Source: Euprymna scolopes
Lineage: Eukaryota
Reading direction: 5' to 3' (one strand)
Length of the DNA stretch: 64,000 nucleotides
Assembly: GCA_053919585.1 (NCBI GenBank)
Contig: CM132785.1
In this document: positions 25,573 through 38,963 of the stretch, one piece after another
Layout: each line of letters opens with the position of its first letter
Numbering within the stretch: position 1 is the stretch's first letter
Program-made: the position numbers and the translations under genes
The notes under the pieces: generated by a model
What the model was told of the DNA's origin: nothing
Databases searched by the model: none
The model's input: the letters and a program-made list of their open reading frames with translations, nothing else

Positions 25573-25794
25573 NNNNNNNNNNNNNNNNNNNNNNNNNNNN
25601 NNNNNNNNNNNNNNNNNNNNNNNNNNNNNNNNNNNNNNNNNNNNNNNNNNNNNNNNNNNNNNNNNNNNNNNNNNNNNNNNNNNNNNNNNNNNNNNNNNNN
25701 NNNNNNNNNNNNNNNNNNNNNNNNNNNNNNNNNNNNNNNNNNNNNNNNNNNNNNNNNNNNNNNNNNNNNNNNNNNNNNNNNNNNNNNNNNNNNN
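25573..25794. other. Assembly gap
   Basis: Run of N. Confidence 0.99.
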
Positions 25795-25874
25795 ATATAT
25801 ACTAATGAATAAAAATTTATTCGTTTATTCAATAAGGATGTTATATCAATTAGCGGTTTAGGATAAGTAAAACA

Positions 25875-25918
25875 CTTTATACCGTGCTATTTCGAAGCCT
25901 TCTGCTTCTCACCAGAAG
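25875..25918 (-). ncRNA. Hammerhead ribozyme motif with one core substitution
   Basis: ctt-CTGGTGA-GAAGC(agaag)GCTTC-GAAA-tagcacggta-TA-aag; A6 replaced by G; near-palindromic stem III. Confidence 0.6.
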
Positions 25919-26449
25919 AGGAGAAAATATGCTAGGTAACATAATAGAAATGCGACGTCTATGGTTACATTAGGAGCGAAAAGAATCGAAAATTGAGAGG
26001 AGATTGGTAAAATATTGAAACTGTTTGGGGAGAGGATAGAACTAAAGTGATCTCTGATATAGGATGAATATAGCTTTTATTATAAAATGAGGATACGTGT
26101 ATGCCATGATAGGCTCAATATATGTGTGCCTATGCGCATCTTGGGAAGAATACACTAGTAATTGAAAGAGGATATGTATTTAATATTATGTATTTATAAG
26201 TTATAACTATGGAAGGGGTTTACGTGAACTAGGAGATTTGTGCTAATGTTTATAACATTTCAGAAAACCGTATAAATTGGTAGAGAAATCAGAAAGAAAT
26301 AAACAAAGAAAACGTCTTCCTATGGACATGAATGACAATGAATCGACCTTATTTTTATAACTCCCCCAAGCGGTTAGAGCACTGTACAAGTGGTGGACGG
26401 ATGTTTGTTTAAATAGACATTTGGCGATATTATTTTCTGCCAGAACGGT

Positions 26450-26865
26450 GGTTCATTAAAATTGTGGGATCTGCGTTCGCGCCTGGTCCACAATGTATGG
26501 GAATTAAAATTTTAAGAAAACGTTTACAAGTGTTTTTGATATAGATGTACATAAGAATACTTTGATAAGTATGTTTTAACTTAAATAGGGATGGTATAAT
26601 AAAATTGTGGGGTCTGCGTTCGCATCTGACCTCCATAGAATGGAAATAGGCACAAACTTTAATAAAGACTTTTCATATCTATCTGCATAAGTATACTTTG
26701 ATAATTATGTTTCAGTTTGAAGAAATATGGTATAATAAAATTATGGGGTGTTCGTTCGCGCGTATGTCACAAAGTTTAACAAGTTTTTTTTTTTAATATA
26801 GATCCACAGAATATTGTGATAAGTGTTTCAGAGTGAACAGGTATAGTATAATAAATGATGGGGTT
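26450..26865. repeat. Three diverged ~130-140 bp tandem units
   Basis: tataataaaattgtggggtctgcgttcgc and tactttgataagtatgttt blocks recur. Confidence 0.8.
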
Positions 26866-28294
26866 TATCTATTTTAGTTTTACTTTCATCATATTTTGCT
26901 TTGGTATTGATACCCCCAAATTCGAAGCTATCTCTTTATAATCCTTCCTTTTCATAACCTATCATACTTTCATAAATCAGTGTCCATTTTCTGTAGGCTG
27001 TTTTTGAACCTAGTCAACGACGGGTACTTTTACTAGTATGTATATATAAACTGCGTGAACCTCAAATGTTCTTTGGATTCATTTCATTCTTCTTGCAGTC
27101 AACATCTTCGATATTTCCTCAGAATGCGCCCCCCCCCCTGACATAACCGACACCCGCAGGCTTTGTAATGCCCTGCAACTAACAAGATAGACCTTTCACT
27201 ACTTACTTACTTACTCCCCCCATTTATTTCTCATATACGCGCCGCCACCTTCTTCGGCCAAGTGCTCGTGTTTTCCATTAGTGCCGGTGTTGACTACTTG
27301 GCCGCTTTTTCTCGTTTTAAAACCAAATCGCATTCCCTCGCCATTTTCGACTCCTCTTCCATGTGCAATTTCCTACTGCTTTCTCCCATTTCGCAGTCTT
27401 TCGTTTTGCATTTCTCGCATCTCGCGACCATATTTTCTTCATTTGCTGTATCTCTATTTTCTATTGTTTTTCACTCATTTTTTTTTTTTTTTGCATTTCT
27501 TATTTGCTTGAATTTTTTATTTACTTTAATTTTTTTTTTTTTTGATTTGTACGGCGCATCAACCTTTTCACAATAATTTCACGCAGAAACACAGTCTATA
27601 TTAAAAAAACAAAAACAGTCCATTGAGCACATATGTCTATTTTATCCATAGTTAAGGGAGTAATACTCTTAACGCCATTGGATGATGTTTGCGAAAATTC
27701 TAATATCTTTTATTTGTTTGAAATTAAATGAAATTAACTATGACGCATCAATCTATATTACATTTCTTTTAGTCTATCTGTCCGTCCGTTTTACATTTTC
27801 TCCGAAACTAGTGAGTTGATCGTTGTTGTTGTAAAAGATTATTGTAAGAATCATTTGGATATAGAAATTTATGATCAGGCGCAACCAATATTTTGGTAAC
27901 ACTTTACTGCTATTAGGGATTAATAGGTATTTAATGCAAAAATGAGCACAAATTAAACCATATTCAACCATCAATTTGACCTGAAGTATTCATTTTGAGT
28001 CAACGGGCTAAAAAATTAATTTCCCAAATTTCAGTAAAATTGAGGTATTTTAAAGGGTTTTATAGCACACAGTGTGAACACAGCCTCCCATTGTATTTAT
28101 TTATTTTAAGATTTCCATTAAAATTGATCTGTGTTCATTAGGTACCACTTAAGATTAAGAAGTTCGATCTATATATTATTACGATAGCCTCTGTTATTTT
28201 GTGTATCACCCTTACGTCTTTTTTCTTCCAAGTGACTGTCGTTTAATTTCTATGACATTCCATTTCTTGTCATAAATAATTTTACCAAGAATTC

Positions 28295-28401
28295 ATAAGA
28301 TTTAGTTTCGGTTCCGATTATAGCTGAACATCCACAAAATGCCAATATCAATATATTATATATGAAAGAATCCGCTGTGGAATTTCCACAAGTCCCGCTA
28401 G
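28295..28401 (+). mobile_element. Helitron family B 3' end
   Basis: ..ccgctgtggaatttccacaagtcccgCTAG; hairpin TGTGGAA/TTCCACA. Confidence 0.65.
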
Positions 28402-28575
28402 ATTTTTATTAATACTTCAAGCATAATCTTTGAATTTGTAATATTTTCTAGAATCAAAACCATTTAATGGAGCTTGTTCAAAATGTGAATACGTTTAGTA
28501 TCACTATACCTTGATTTTAATTGTGATTCGGAACTGTTCTATTTGAGGAAATTGTCTTTACTGGTACGAATATTC

Positions 28576-28577
<2 letters not shown>

Positions 28578-28652
<75 letters not shown>
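28578..28652. repeat. (GT)n microsatellite
   Basis: Direct reading. Confidence 0.97.
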
Positions 28653-28653
<1 letters not shown>

Positions 28654-30744
28654 AGTCAGCTAATCACAGCTGTTCCGTTATTTCACATCTCCGTGCGAAT
28701 CGTGCATCACTTTCTTTGTCAGTCAATTTTGTATTTTATTATTTCCCTGTCAAAAGAACCGTCCACTCCATAGCAACTTGATTGTCTGCTTTTTCTACTT
28801 CATTCCTGAATATGCCATTCATTCCTCAAAAAAATAAAATAAAATAAAAAACAGCGATAACTTATTTCCTTTTTGTTTTTGCATTTTTTTTCTTTTTATC
28901 TATGTGTGATGAAAAAGCCCCAATTCCGATAAAATCGACCAACATCGTCTCTTTTTGGCAATTTTTAGTTAGTTTGCCAACACATTCGCCGGGTCATTAA
29001 CACGATTTCTTTTAACAGGTAGTTTTTATTGCACATCTGTATAAATAAATAAAGTCCGCATCGTGCCACCAATAACCATGGTGATACTTTATACCCAACT
29101 CTGACGCTATCCACGCTCGTATGTTTTTTCTAGTAGATAATATCATAATCCGCCGAGCAAAAGAGTTCCGGAAATAGACCAAAAATAGCAAACTTTGCGT
29201 TAATAAAAACAATGCCAACTGATTAGAGATAAAATTAAAGGAAGAAACGGTATCTCCTGATTTTGATATGAAAACAAACCAAAAATGTACGTGATGTAAT
29301 TGAGAAAAGTACACACAATTTTTTTATGATAAATATCATCTTTTTAACACGTTTATTCTTGAAAAATTATCTCGGAATGTATAGTTTCGATCTTTTTATT
29401 TAAATATCTGCCCCCCATATTGTGATAAGCTATAGTACAAGGTCGGGAAACTACTCAAAGGGGGATAGCACTCTGACCTGATAAAATGCCTGGGTAACCT
29501 CATCAGTATTTATCAGTAGTGCCTCAGACAATTAACAATAAATAAACTAACCACTTCTCAAAGAGTAAAAAGGCAGAGCCTGTGAGGGTGGAGTTTTTAG
29601 AACTTCAGAGACCCATACCTTAGCCGACAAAGAACAAGCTGCCTTAACAATTGTAGACTCTGGTGGCTAGATTCACCTCGTGTTTATTATAACAGCTGGA
29701 TTTGAAGCAGTTGGACTAATGTGGTGGAATAACGTATTTTTGTTGTTTACTGTTGGATCATTACTTACCAAGGCAAAGAATCACTCGATGATAAAGGTTA
29801 ATGAGACCAAACGATTGTTGAAATTGATAAATACAATATATATCACGTTATAGGTGATCTATATCATTCACTCGCCACTCCTCGCTTAACCCCCTGTACT
29901 TCCTCTCTGTCTACATTGATGAAATATGTCGAGAAAACAATAACAATATTATTTGACTTGAAGATGGAAGAGCATAAAGAGACTAATTTATGGATTTGGA
30001 ATTTTCATTTATTTTTTAATTTAACTGGTTTTGTGAACTCACGTTTTCTCTTGTTTATTATGACAATGGATCATTTAATGAGTTTCAATTAGATTTCTTA
30101 AGCGAGTATGTACATTAATCTGTATAAATTATTGTCAATAATATTCCCTTTGAAATAAATGCATGCGAGGGTCAATACTATTAAAACGAATGTCCTTTTT
30201 TCTTTTTACAGAAATGATCGCCATTGTCCCCAAAATATTCGAAGAAATTAAATAAATGCTTTTTTTTTAATAATTCATTCAAACTAGGCTGTTCCAGTCG
30301 ACGGGACAATATAATTTGATTTTTAGAACAATTAATTTTAAAAATGAACAAAGTAAAAATTATTTATCTGCTCAAGTGATCTTATTTGTGTGTGACAGGT
30401 GACAATATACATGAATGATTGATATGCCAGAGCGCATTAACTCATATTTGGTATTTTATACCAAATTTTATTAAAATGGATTTGGTGTACGGACGGACAT
30501 ACAGATTTAATTTGTCAAATGTAGAATGGTGACGTCATTGTATTTACCCAATATTTTCTACCTCCTATTTCGTCGGCAGTGCCAACATGCAAAAAGAATT
30601 TATGGAATAAAACAATCATCTTGGTGCCAACTCTGTTTCCCCTATAAATCTGTCCCTTAACACTGTAGCCCCTTGCGCTTAAGTGGCAATATGCATTCTT
30701 TGATGTAAAAAAAAGTGCATTATTTGGAGTATTTGGATTAGTCT

Positions 30745-31000
30745 TTTCACAACGTTTCTACCGGTGTAATATCCAAACTGCAGGTACATCTTGCTGAACT
30801 AGGAAATATTTCTGTTGAACTCGAAAATCTGCACGAACTTTTGGATTGAATCCTTTATACTATCCACAGAAGCAGAATTCCAGAGTTCGACAAAATACAC
30901 CTTAAGAAAGTCGAGTTTTATAGCTACCTAAACGTTCAGAGAATAAGATGAGAATAGTAGTCTGAATAATAAAAATTAACAACCCTCATCTAAAGAATAA
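30745..31000. mobile_element. Degenerate PLE-derived element with divergent HHR-like remnants
   Basis: cacaacgtttc..caggt (minus-strand HHR remnant) and cacct(t)aagaaag..aaacgtt followed by aagatgagaata tail, similar to 43011-43080. Confidence 0.4.
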
Positions 31001-31436
31001 ATAAAAAAAATGATTTAATACTCAGTTACTTCAATTGGTACGATGACCTAACATTTCGTGATAATAAACCTGAAATATTGCGAACGAGAACACCTTCATC
31101 TACGTCTACCCTAACTATTTTAACTGTCATTTAGAATATCTAAAAACGAAATTGATTGCTTGGTTTTGAAAGCTGTACCCGACCGTCATCATCCAATGGG
31201 AAATGCACATGTGCAAATGATTGAGAAACCTGCCAATCCTTACATTTGCAAGTCAAGAAAGCTTTTAATGGATTTAGCTTTTTTTTAACTTTCGATGAAA
31301 CAGAAGAGAGGAAGGAGGGAAATAGGATAAATATCCGATGTAAGAATGCGAAAACCATAGCAAGTTGTTTTTTTCTGCTTGAGTAATTATGAAAATTGTG
31401 ATTGTTTCGCATATACATACATAAACAAACACGCGT

Positions 31437-31475
<39 letters not shown>

Positions 31476-32398
31476 CACGAGCAGGGAGACCCGATCTTGG
31501 TCGGGATTGACTGATCAACGAATGTTTCACATTCTCATATTTTGAAAGTCATAAAAATTTTTCAATCAAATAGATTGATTGCCTGCTCTAGTTAGGGGCC
31601 CATCACGGTGCAATGTGTGATAGTTTCACATGCTTTCTGCAGTGATTTAGTCCTCAATATCTTGTAGTCTACATTGAACTGTAGAGAACCTTTTTGATTT
31701 TATAAAATTATTTTATATATGACGACTTGAATTACAGTTTAAAAAGCAAAAGTCAAGTATCATGCTTCAGTTGTGCTCTTAAAAGAAATGTTAATTTCGA
31801 CAGCGTCCCTGTCATATCAAAGAAACTACTGTATATATGTCGGGTCTTTTGGCTTCTGTGGTAGTAAAACTTCTCAAATGCGCTTGAGATAGGCTGTGTA
31901 AGATGTTAACTGGTTAAAATCGGCCGTTCCTTTTTTCATTGGATTATTTTGCTTATCAATTATTAATACTTACCTGAGACATGCCGATATAAAACCTATC
32001 TTAGAATACTTCCAGGCACATAAAGTGCCTTCGTGTGAAATTTCATAAAAACCGGCCCAGACGTTTTCAAGTCCATAGGGAACGAACTGACACGCACACA
32101 AAGTTGCTTCAATATGATAGTAGAAAAGAGATACTGTATATGTATGTTATATCAGTATATTGTGTTGCGTAGGATTTGTTAGCTTTCAAACGTTCCACTG
32201 CTTAGTTTTTCATATACGCAGTTCCATATCGGGTTTTTTTCTTAATAGTTTGCTCATTATTTAGCTAAATTGATTTTAAAAGCAATGGTCTTAATAATGT
32301 GCAGATATTCCAAACATTTTAAGTTTTATATTTTGCTTTGTCGTACAAACTAAAATGTTACTATGTATGTACATGTATTAAGCATATATGTAATATGC

Positions 32399-32450
<52 letters not shown>

Positions 32451-33839
32451 TTATGAGGCACTTTGCAATAACCCCACTCAATTGCCTTTGTGTTGTACGT
32501 ACATCAATGTGAGTAAAAGGGAATTTATCTCTTAGCATAAATTACAGAAAGTAAAAGTTCTTTCCTCTCTGTATTTTCCATTTAACAAAGAAATAATCTA
32601 TATATGTCGATATTTGGAATCTAGCTTCCAGTCATGATGGTATTTATTTTAAAACGTTTTATTATAAGACTGCATTTTAAAGCCTTATTAGATGTTGAAT
32701 ATATTACAGATTTTCTTTTAACACGTTTTTATCACTATGTAATATGCTTCCTAATTATTTCCTGACTTTCGCCCGTTTATTTATAACAAACAAGTAGTGG
32801 AATGAATTTTCGTTGCTTTTCATAAACATTCTAGAGTCGATTTTTTTTTTTCATCGCGAAATCGAGTTGACGATTTCTTTTGGAATCTGTTGTTTTTTTT
32901 TTTTTGTTTTTTTTAAGACTAATTTCTTCTCAATCGACTTTTCACTTAACTGTTTAGTCTTTTGACTAGGAACAATTGTAGTATCCCCTGTGCGTCATGT
33001 CATCTTTTCCGTTCTCAGAAATAAAAAAGGGGCCCTTCTAGATTGAGACAATGTAAACATTTAACCAGAGCATCTCTATTTGGAAAGCTATATTTTCCCT
33101 AGTCCGCAGTAACATTAAAAATAACCTTTGCCTAACTTTGACCTCATGAAAGGGCAGACTTTCCTCCGAGCTCCTGAGACAAATAAAGGTCCTCATTTAA
33201 TAAAAACGAGGACAATGGAATGAATATCTGCGCGATGAAGAATTTATGGTCAAGAACTTATGAACCGGAACTGATCGTATCCATTAAAAAAGAGAGGCGC
33301 AATGCAATCATCAACAACACTGACAAGCAAAGAGGACTATTATCTTTTTTCTCTTCGATTAGTTGCTCGACTAAGACCTGTGTATAGTCTTTCCTAATAT
33401 TTCATCCATAGCTAGAATAAGGAAATATGCATTTATATTTTAACCATATGAAAATAACAAGACTTCAATTTACTTAACTCCTCACGAGGACTGAATGTGA
33501 TCTATAGTTGACCTCCATGTGGACGTGGTGTACGCCATAGGGCTTTGATAAGCCTGTTACGCTCCGAAATGACTACGGATCGAACTGAAGTTGGCAGTAT
33601 CATTTTAACATACATTTTTACCCTATTTGTCTACCACTTGGTTCATCAGATCTAATACTAGCTGAGATCCGCTCTTTGCATAATTTTAGTAACCACCAGA
33701 TCCTTTATTGAAATGAGATATGGTTTTGCTCTGTCATATGAGGTACATCTTCCAAGAAATTAACTCTTCCTTCGGGAGTGGAGCTGGTTTATTGGTGATC
33801 GCCTTAGGAATGCCGACGGCTTTTGTATGTATGTGTGTG

Positions 33840-33870
<31 letters not shown>

Positions 33871-34879
33871 TTTTTTTTGGTTTATTTTGTATTTCTACTT
33901 AGCGGTTTATGTCGAATCTTTCTGAAATGGAAAGTAAATAGTTACTGATTCGAATGTTAATTTATTAGAAGCTGCGATTGTTGGCATTTGTATTAATTGC
34001 GTTGTATGCCAATAAAATAAAGTACAAAATATTTAACAATCAACAATTTGTAATTCCTCCAAAAAATAAATAAAGGCAATAACTAATTTATAACAAACGC
34101 AGTAGAATTAAATTTTCTGCTGAAATGTATACTTTTAGCACGTAGAAATTGTTAAAAATTATGTTGGAATTCTATTTAGTGAAATGTATCTTATCGATAC
34201 ATTAAAAAAAGACAATGGTCACGAAAACTGTCTCTTAACTTCGTTAAACTTACATGATTGCGTGTGGTTTTGCGATGAGTATTGTTTGGAGGGGGTACCA
34301 ATGAGACTTAGGGTTAGTAGTAAATTACACAGGGTTTTTTTCTACTATATTTTAAACATAATTATCTCCTACCAGTCAAACAATATCTAGGCGTCCATTT
34401 TGAGTATTGTGTGTCGATAAGACGGCTTTCATGGGGAAACAAACTGCTGTAGGACATTGCATTTTAGAAAAACTAACATTCTCCGTATGTTAAGAGTATA
34501 GATTGTTACAGAATTTGATCTAATACATTGGCTGTAATTTTTTTTAATTGCAAGTTCTCGGCTGTAAACTATTCTGGCTTTTTCTACCAACAATATTTAT
34601 CTCCCTTTGATGTATTCTATCGCTAAAGTACTACTGTTTCCCTGAATCCGTTTGTGTTTGCATGAACAATTCATTTGCAATAGAGTAATTTGATCTTGAT
34701 TTTTTTTATTGTGGTCACAGCTAAAAATAAAGTATTTCACTTTCAAATAAAAACGGAAAATACTACACGCGCGTATATCGACACTAATGCTGGGATGATT
34801 AAACAGAATCTGGAATCGGAAAATATTGGAGAGTAGAGACTCTTTAGTATTGAAAAGTGACAGAAGCAATTCCCATGAA

Positions 34880-34955
34880 CAATTTCCATTTCCCTTTTGA
34901 AGACAACATGATCGTCTTCAAGCCCAATGTCAACAAATACTTGGCGAGTTGTTCT
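34880..34955 (+). mobile_element. Short LINE 3' ORF-end fragment (same type as 22150-22865)
   Basis: aacatgatcgtcttcaagcccaatgtcaacaaatacttg (NMIVFKPNVNKYL) versus aatatggttgtcttcaagtctaacgtaaacaagatcttg at ~22692. Confidence 0.55.
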
Positions 34956-35945
34956 CTTAAATAATCAAATTCTGTCTATTCCAAATTTCGAAACGTAAAT
35001 GCAATGCTTGTTTTTTTTCCCCCAACATTTTAGATTGAGTCATAATGAGGGAGTTGTACACTTGGACATTTTGGTAATAATTTATTCCGCCTTTGAAGGT
35101 GGCTATTTAATCTTGTTTTTAGCATGTTAATAAAATGGGGCATTAGTGAAGTGGGTTGCAGAACAGAAATCACTAAACTTAAATGCTCATATAAAGGTTT
35201 TCGCTTGAGACATATTAGCGATAATCGGTCGATCATAAGTGGATGTATAACTAACTGAGCATTTTCGAATGACTCACTTTCACAAACTTTAGATAATTAT
35301 TTACACAATGTCTTTCTGGGATCAGTAATGCCTTTCTCTTTTTAGTATATGAATATTCTTATATATTTGGATGTAGAGAACTCGCTCCTAAACAAATTAA
35401 TCTTCCATTATAAATTTTGGAACACAGTTGCTAGCGGGGAGGGTTTGTAATGTGGACTATATTTAGTTTAATTTACTATTATTCAATGACTAAAAAGGAG
35501 CAAAAGTCCTTCGTGAAAATTCAGATAGTTTAAATTTTTGTGAAGTGTGTTTACAATACATGTTAAACATCAATTATATTCTCCAAATGTTAGCTTCTTT
35601 GAATGAATTTATAGGTCATAACTTGAGCATAACCTTGTATTTTAAAAATTATATACTTCAGCTTTTCCTTATATTGAACCACAGTAAAGAAACACCAATT
35701 ATGCAAGAGGTTTTTTAATTTAAATTCATTATTAAACGTTTATGTATTATATTTTCTGGAACCAAAATCATGTAATGGATTTTGATGAAATTAGAATAAG
35801 GATTCTAGACACAAGATTTTGTAGATCTTAATTTTAATCTTCGTAAGGCGGGGTGGTGCATATGTTGTCCAAAACTGTTCTGTTCAGGTAATTAATTTCA
35901 CTTGTTTTATTTATATATTGTATTTCTACAAGTAATTTTGTCTAT

Positions 35946-36017
<72 letters not shown>

Positions 36018-37586
36018 GTGTGTGTAGCTTTTCTTTTGCTCAAGTGTAAATGAAAAACAAATGGCTGCTCCTCTCCCAGGCATAATTTTTACTGTCTTGT
36101 TTAACGTATTTCTCTGGTTGCACGTATTACATGTGTGCCATGTGTCGTGATCTCTTATAACCTTGTCAACCAACTGGCTGTATTTAATTCCCCCTATTTG
36201 TCTTTTAGTAGACACGAAATTTGACTTTACTTTGATATTTACACTCTTTCTAGAAATCTAGATGCTGCGACTTCTATTTTTCTCTTCCACCATCGTTTTA
36301 CATCTGGTTTCATACTTCTTGATCAACAAGAAATATCGACTTATCGCACATATCGAAATTCGCTCAATATTTGCCATTTCAATCTGTAAGCTTCTTTCAC
36401 TTTTCGTAACCGAAGCTACTTTCTTGTCAATCAAGTTTTGACGCGGTGTCACGTGATCCCGTCATCGTGCGTCGCCCCCCCCCCATGCGACACGATCGAA
36501 ATATCTGCAGTTTTATAAGCATGTATATACGTTGCTATTTCAATACAAACACGCAACGTACCGCAATCCATACACACTTTTCTTAAGTCTCTTTTTTTAT
36601 TGAATACTATTCTTATTCTCTTATTTCTATTTTGTTATATAACGAATGTTGTTGGAAGAAACGAACATAATATGAGAATTGTGGTTTCTATCTCTTTGTA
36701 TTAAACAAGTTTTTTTTTCCAGACTTTTTAGATAAAGAATGAAGGAAACTCCTAAATTTATTATGTTCATTCATCCTTATTCAGTGAGACACATTATCAT
36801 TAAATTAAATAGCATTCATTAGCAAGTTGGTCCGGCCTTGCTCAGGATTGAATAAGAAAACACGTGTTCTTTTGCAGCAATCCCATAACTGGCTCGGATT
36901 CGCCTGGCACATAATCCCACAGACCAGGAATTTCCGTACCGCCTTTAGGCCATCTTCTGTGGAGTTAATGTATGATTTAACTCGGTTCTAGGACATGCCC
37001 TTTTCTAAGTATCTTCTCCTTCGTGGCGAGGAAGGGCTAGTTTATTGGAAAGAGAGTGGAGTATCTTTTTAACTGCAACAGTTAAGTATTATTTATAGCA
37101 TGACCGAAGTGTAAAGATGTGTCTCTGTGTATATTTTTGCCATAATAGTGTGATAGTGTGTTTATAAATCTCACAAAGTATATTTTATTAGAATGGCGTG
37201 GGACCAGAAAACCACCAGTTAACAACTTTAATTGATTTCATTGGATTTTCGCTTTCATGACGACAAAGAGGTTCTAAGCGGAATATTTCGCGTTTGGAAA
37301 TACGTATTTTGGACATATTATCAGGTTGGTCCAAAAATAAACTAAATAGTTGACAAAATAGCATGCGTTTGCACAAAAATGGATCCATTTGTTAAAGACT
37401 GACTGATATATTTATAATAGTTTGGTATTTGTTTTGAGTAATTGTTTCATATCAATGTGCTACGAACATTTACGTTTTAAAATGTTGTCTAATTGCGTTT
37501 TGACAGGAGAAAAAGGTCTCTTAATAGAACATATATATAATACATATCCTCCAGTTTATAATAAAGAGCAATGTGTATTATATGTG

Positions 37587-37628
<42 letters not shown>

Positions 37629-38424
37629 ACCTACACACAAACGTTAGTGAGTTTTAAAATTTTTAAACTATTCTAGTACAAATATTATGAGGAATAGAAA
37701 AAGCATTCAATATATTTCCATATTTTTTTCTTTTTTGCTCTATACCGATTAATGTTTTAACTTTCCAGCTTAAGACGTCCTATTTGTTTGGGTTTTTTTT
37801 CTCCAATAGACAGTTTTTATCTGAATATTTGTGCAAATACTGGAAGTGAATTTTTCTCGTCATGTTTTAAGGAAAAAATGTACATTTGTTTTATTTTGTT
37901 GTTGATTTGGTTTTTTTTTTTTTGTTTGTTTTTAATCATGCATGGAATCTCCTACACCCACATTCATAACAAAAGACTTGGCTATATTTCAGTGGACATG
38001 GGAATTTGCAGAAGCAATACAATCAATATTCTTTGTACGCATTTTTCGTTCCTTTCATTCGTATGGAAGCAGAATTGTATTTCAAACAAATATTTACCTT
38101 TTTGAAGTCTTTTAACAAAAAAACTCAGAAGATTGACAAATCAGAACTAGCGGCCTCATTACGTCCGACCCACTGACTTTATTCGACTTTGTAGCGCTGC
38201 ATCCGGAAATGTTATTTTCTTTGATTAGCAAATAATGAAATTCCTTATTGAAAATAAAAGACCAAATCTCATTTTGGCACTGACTTCAATTGAATCAAAA
38301 CTTTGTTTGGTTTTAATTCTATAGCAGGTGCGAATGTGGGCGACCAAATCCCGGCAGCAGTCTTGTTTTCTTCCGATCCACTGAAATTGTGTGTCTTCGT
38401 AAAGATTTAATTTAATACGGATTC

Positions 38425-38963
38425 TATCAGGTCTGCGCTAAAGATGTTGATGATTTTTAGTAGTATTTTCAGCAACTGTAATTTATTTTATGCATATTAT
38501 TATTAAAGCATATCGCATCTACTTAATTTTTATTTCAGATTATTATTCCTATTGTTCTGTAATATTCTTATTCAAATTGACTGAAAACACCCTTCTTTAG
38601 TCGAGTCATCTTCCATTATAATAATGCTCAGCCTCGCATCACCACCAAAGGTCTCTTCAGAGAATTTGGTTGGAAAACCTTCCCCATCCTCCATATTTTG
38701 CTGGCCTAGTTATCTCGTGCTATAATTTATTTTGAGGATTGCAAACCCATTTTTATGGCATTAGGTTAACATCCGAAGTGATTGAACACAATTTAGATTC
38801 ATATTTCATGCCAAAATCTAAAGAATTTTATTAGAGACGCATTTATAAGCTCGTTGACAGATGGGATCATGTTTTAGAGAGGAAAGGTCGTTATTGTTAT
38901 GAATAAAGATTTTTGAAAAACCGTTTTCAATTTTCTAAGATTAAATTTTGCACGGACTTGATA
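38425..38963 (+). mobile_element. Internally deleted mariner (DD34D-type) element
   Basis: TA-flanked TIRs tatcaggtctgcgctaa / ttttgcacggacttgata; remnant VIFHYNNAQP..EFGW..PHPPY..YNLF..KEFY..IYKLVDRWDHVLERKGRY. Confidence 0.85.

Noticed and set aside
33043-33059. Exact 17-mer ttgagacaatgtaaaca shared with 60351 (SOX/FOX-like)
   Set aside because: A single AT-rich match of this length is plausible by chance in 64 kb.
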